The translations under genes were made by a program, and so were the position numbers. From the NCBI RefSeq assembly GCF_004010195.1, contig NW_025215314.1, positions 5,873-41,817 of the forward strand: a stretch of 35,945 nt of DNA, written 5' to 3'. Shown in pieces: positions 33,215 through 35,945 of the stretch. The DNA comes from Chiloscyllium plagiosum (Eukaryota). Under the pieces are notes generated by a model. It was not told the origin of the DNA. It saw only the letters and a program-made list of their open reading frames with translations, and searched no databases. The stretch's first letter is position 1. Every line of letters begins with the position of its first letter.

Positions 33215-35175
33215 ATGGTAGGCATGGGCCATCAAAAAGGCAAAGCATGCATACGCACACAGAATATATAGCCTTTATCAGGACAGCAGTGATATGCAGG
33301 GCATGTAGAAGAGTATCAAGGCCATCACCAAGTACAACAGGGAATCATCTGCCTGTGCTGGTAATGCCTCCCTCCCGGATGAATGGATCAACTTCTACGC
33401 ATAGTTTGAGTCATGAAATGATGTGGAAGCGAGGAAAGTGATATCCCCTTCTCAATGACCAAGTGTTGAGTCTAATCCGACTGATGTGAGGCAAACTCTA
33501 TGCAGAGACAACCCACTTAAGGCTGCTGGACCACATCACACCCCTCACAGAAAGCTGTGCGGATGCTCTGACGTGCTGATGGATGCTCTCATGGATGTAT
33601 TTAACATTTCCCTGAATTGTGTCATATTTCCAACGTGCTTCAAGGCCATACTATCGTCCTTGTGCTGAAGAAGTCTTCAGTGTCTTGACCCAATGACTAC
33701 TACCTATTGTGTCAACACAACAGAATGAGGTGTTTCGAAAGGGTCGCGATCACGCATATTAATACCCCGCTGCCGACTGTCGAACTCACCCTCACTGGAC
33801 ACTCTGCAGTTTGCATATCGTTCCAGCCCTCTGAAGATGATATCACCTCTGCCACCCTGCATCTGGTCCTCACCCTCTGGTGAAGAAGGAAACCTACATC
33901 AGGTTACTGTTTGTAGACTTCAGTTCTGCATTCAACAACATCATTCGTCAGCACCTATTTGGAAAACTGAGTCTGCTGGGCTTGAATACGTCTCTCTGTA
34001 ACTGGACCCTGGACCTACTGATTGGTAGACCCCAGTCACCCCGGATTCGCAACAACATCTCCTAATGCATCGCAATGAGAAAGGGGGCACCCCGGGGCTG
34101 TGTGCTCAGTCCACTGCTTTTCACCTTGCTTTCAAACGACAGAGCATTGCTGTCGAGCTCAAATTACATTATTAAGTTGACACAGTGATAGTGGGTCTCA
34201 TTAGCAGGAACGAAGAATCAGCATACAGAGAGAAGGTGCTGCGGCTAACGGACTTGTGCAGTGCAAACAACCTGTCTATGAACGTGGGCTAAACGTAATA
34301 GATGGTTGTTGACTTCAGGAGGGCATCACTCTCTGCTGAATGTCGATGGTTTCCTCCGTGGTGATCGTAATGAGCACCAAATTTCTTTGCAACCACTTGG
34401 CAGATAATCTCACCTCTTCTCTCAACACTACTTTCATAGCCAAGAAAGCACAGCACCGACACTATTGTCTGTGGAGGTGAAGAAAAGCCCACCCGACATC
34501 CCCTGTCTTCACCACATTCTACAGAGGGTTAATTGAGAATACGCTGAGCAGCTGCATCACTGCCTGGTGCATGAATTGCATCGCCTTGGATCAGAAAACC
34601 TGATGACTGGTAATGAGGACAGCTGAGACGATCATCGGAATATTCTTCTCTCCATTACAGTCATCTTCACCACACGCTGCATCTGCAAGACCAACACCAT
34701 TGTGGACGACCCCACACATCTTTGATTTCAAATTTTTCGCCCTCCTGCCATTTGACAAAAGATACCAGAGTATTCAGTCTCTCACGGCCAGACTCTACAA
34801 AAGTTTCTTCACCGAAGCCATGCGATTTTCTAACACTATATGATCCTACTCTCTTCCATTTGTAACTTTAGGACGACTTTTTGAATGGCTGCGAAAACAA
34901 TGTTTCATTAATGAGTTTTTCTGTGTTACAATGCAGTTAATCCCACATTTCCTCTATTGTTTTGATTTGTCAGTAATTACTACGCCGTCGTGCATGCTTT
35001 GCACTTTTTATGCAATTTATGCTGCCCTGTGATTGACTGTCCTGACGTCCTTTCATTGTGTTCAAGTAGAATCTTGATCTTGGCGCAACGTTCTCGTTTT
35101 TATAATGCTAGTTGTGTACGGTAGAAATGACAAATAAAGTTGCTCTACTCTCTCTCTCTCTAACATACTCTACTC
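33215..35175 (+). mobile_element. Rex1/Babar-like LINE, 5'-truncated, degenerate (copy 2)
   Basis: [41 protein letters not shown]; 3' end aaatgacaaataaagtt plus a (ct)n tail. Confidence 0.88.
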
Positions 35176-35214
35176 ACTGTTACCTCTAACTAAGGCACAA
35201 AGAATTATGGCAAT

Positions 35215-35330
35215 CCGTTAGAGATTTACCTGGATTTCCTCGAAACAGATTTACTGCATCCGTTGCTCCTGATGTGGTCTCGTGTACAAAATTGCGGACC
35301 GGTTGAATAAACTTCTATGGTCCGCTGTGG
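35215..35330 (+). mobile_element. Penelope-like GIY-YIG fragment (paralog of 29385-29510)
   Basis: 34-bp exact match gatttactgcatccgttgctcctgatgtggtctc at 35248-35281 and 29412-29445. Confidence 0.7.
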
Positions 35331-35344
35331 TTTTTACAGACCGA

Positions 35345-35945
35345 CACTTAATGGCAAAGTTCTGGGAAGTGTTGCTAAACAAAGAAATTCAGGTTCATTA
35401 TTCCTTGAATGTAGAGTCGCATGTCGATAGGATCGTGAAAAACCTTCTTGGTATTCTTTCCTTTATTGGTCAGAGCATTGAGGAGAGGAGATGGGAGATA
35501 ATGTTGCGACTCTACAGGACACCGGTTAGGTCACCTTTGGAATATTGCGTGCAATTCTGGTCTCCTTCCTATCAGAATGTTGTTGTGAATCTTGAACAGA
35601 TTCACAGAAGATTGACAGGGATATTTCCAGGATTGGAGAATTTGAGCTACAGGGAGAGGCTGCATAGACTGGGATTGTTTTCCATAGAGCATTGAAGGCT
35701 GAAGGTTGCTTTTATAGAGGTGTATGAAATAATGAAGGATATGAGTATGTATAAATAGAACAGGTCTTTTCCCGTGGGAGCGGACGCACAGAAATAGAGG
35801 AAATATGTTTAGGGTTAGAGTTGAAAGCTGTACAAGGAACCCTAGGGACAACGTTTTTTGTCGCAGAGGGTTGTAGGTACATGAAATAGGCTGCCAGAGG
35901 AAGTGGCGGATGCTTGTACAATTAAAGCAATTAAAAGCGATATGT
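35345..35945 (+). mobile_element. CR1 3' portion (runs off window)
   Basis: IMLRLYRTPVRSPLEYCVQFWSPSY...LSYRERLHRLGLFSIE. Confidence 0.88.

Overview
Repeat-rich vertebrate genomic DNA from a draft scaffold with four N gaps. It is almost certainly from a cartilaginous fish (shark-type CR1/HER1 LINEs, HE1/V-SINEs, Rex1/Babar and Penelope fragments). I find no intact protein-coding gene. The main non-repeat content is a multi-exon NLR (NACHT-LRR, NLRC3/NLRP-like) pseudogene on the minus strand. Its NACHT exon lies at about 9725-11120, with at least four ribonuclease-inhibitor-type LRR exon relics between 3259 and 6757, one of them tandemly duplicated. There are also two decayed tRNA genes (Val-AAC, Ser), a candidate solo LTR and several Penelope-type minimal hammerhead ribozyme relics. 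A Penelope copy shows a twin-priming-like inversion, and nested duplications range from 36 bp to about 5.8 kb. I see no convincing wholly new biological system. The best leads are the LRR-exon duplication, the tRNA-Val segment apparently inserted in a CR1, the CR1 5' monomer array, the hammerhead relics and the duplicated block next to a tRNA. Family names come from recalled consensus motifs, not database searches, and repeat boundaries are approximate.
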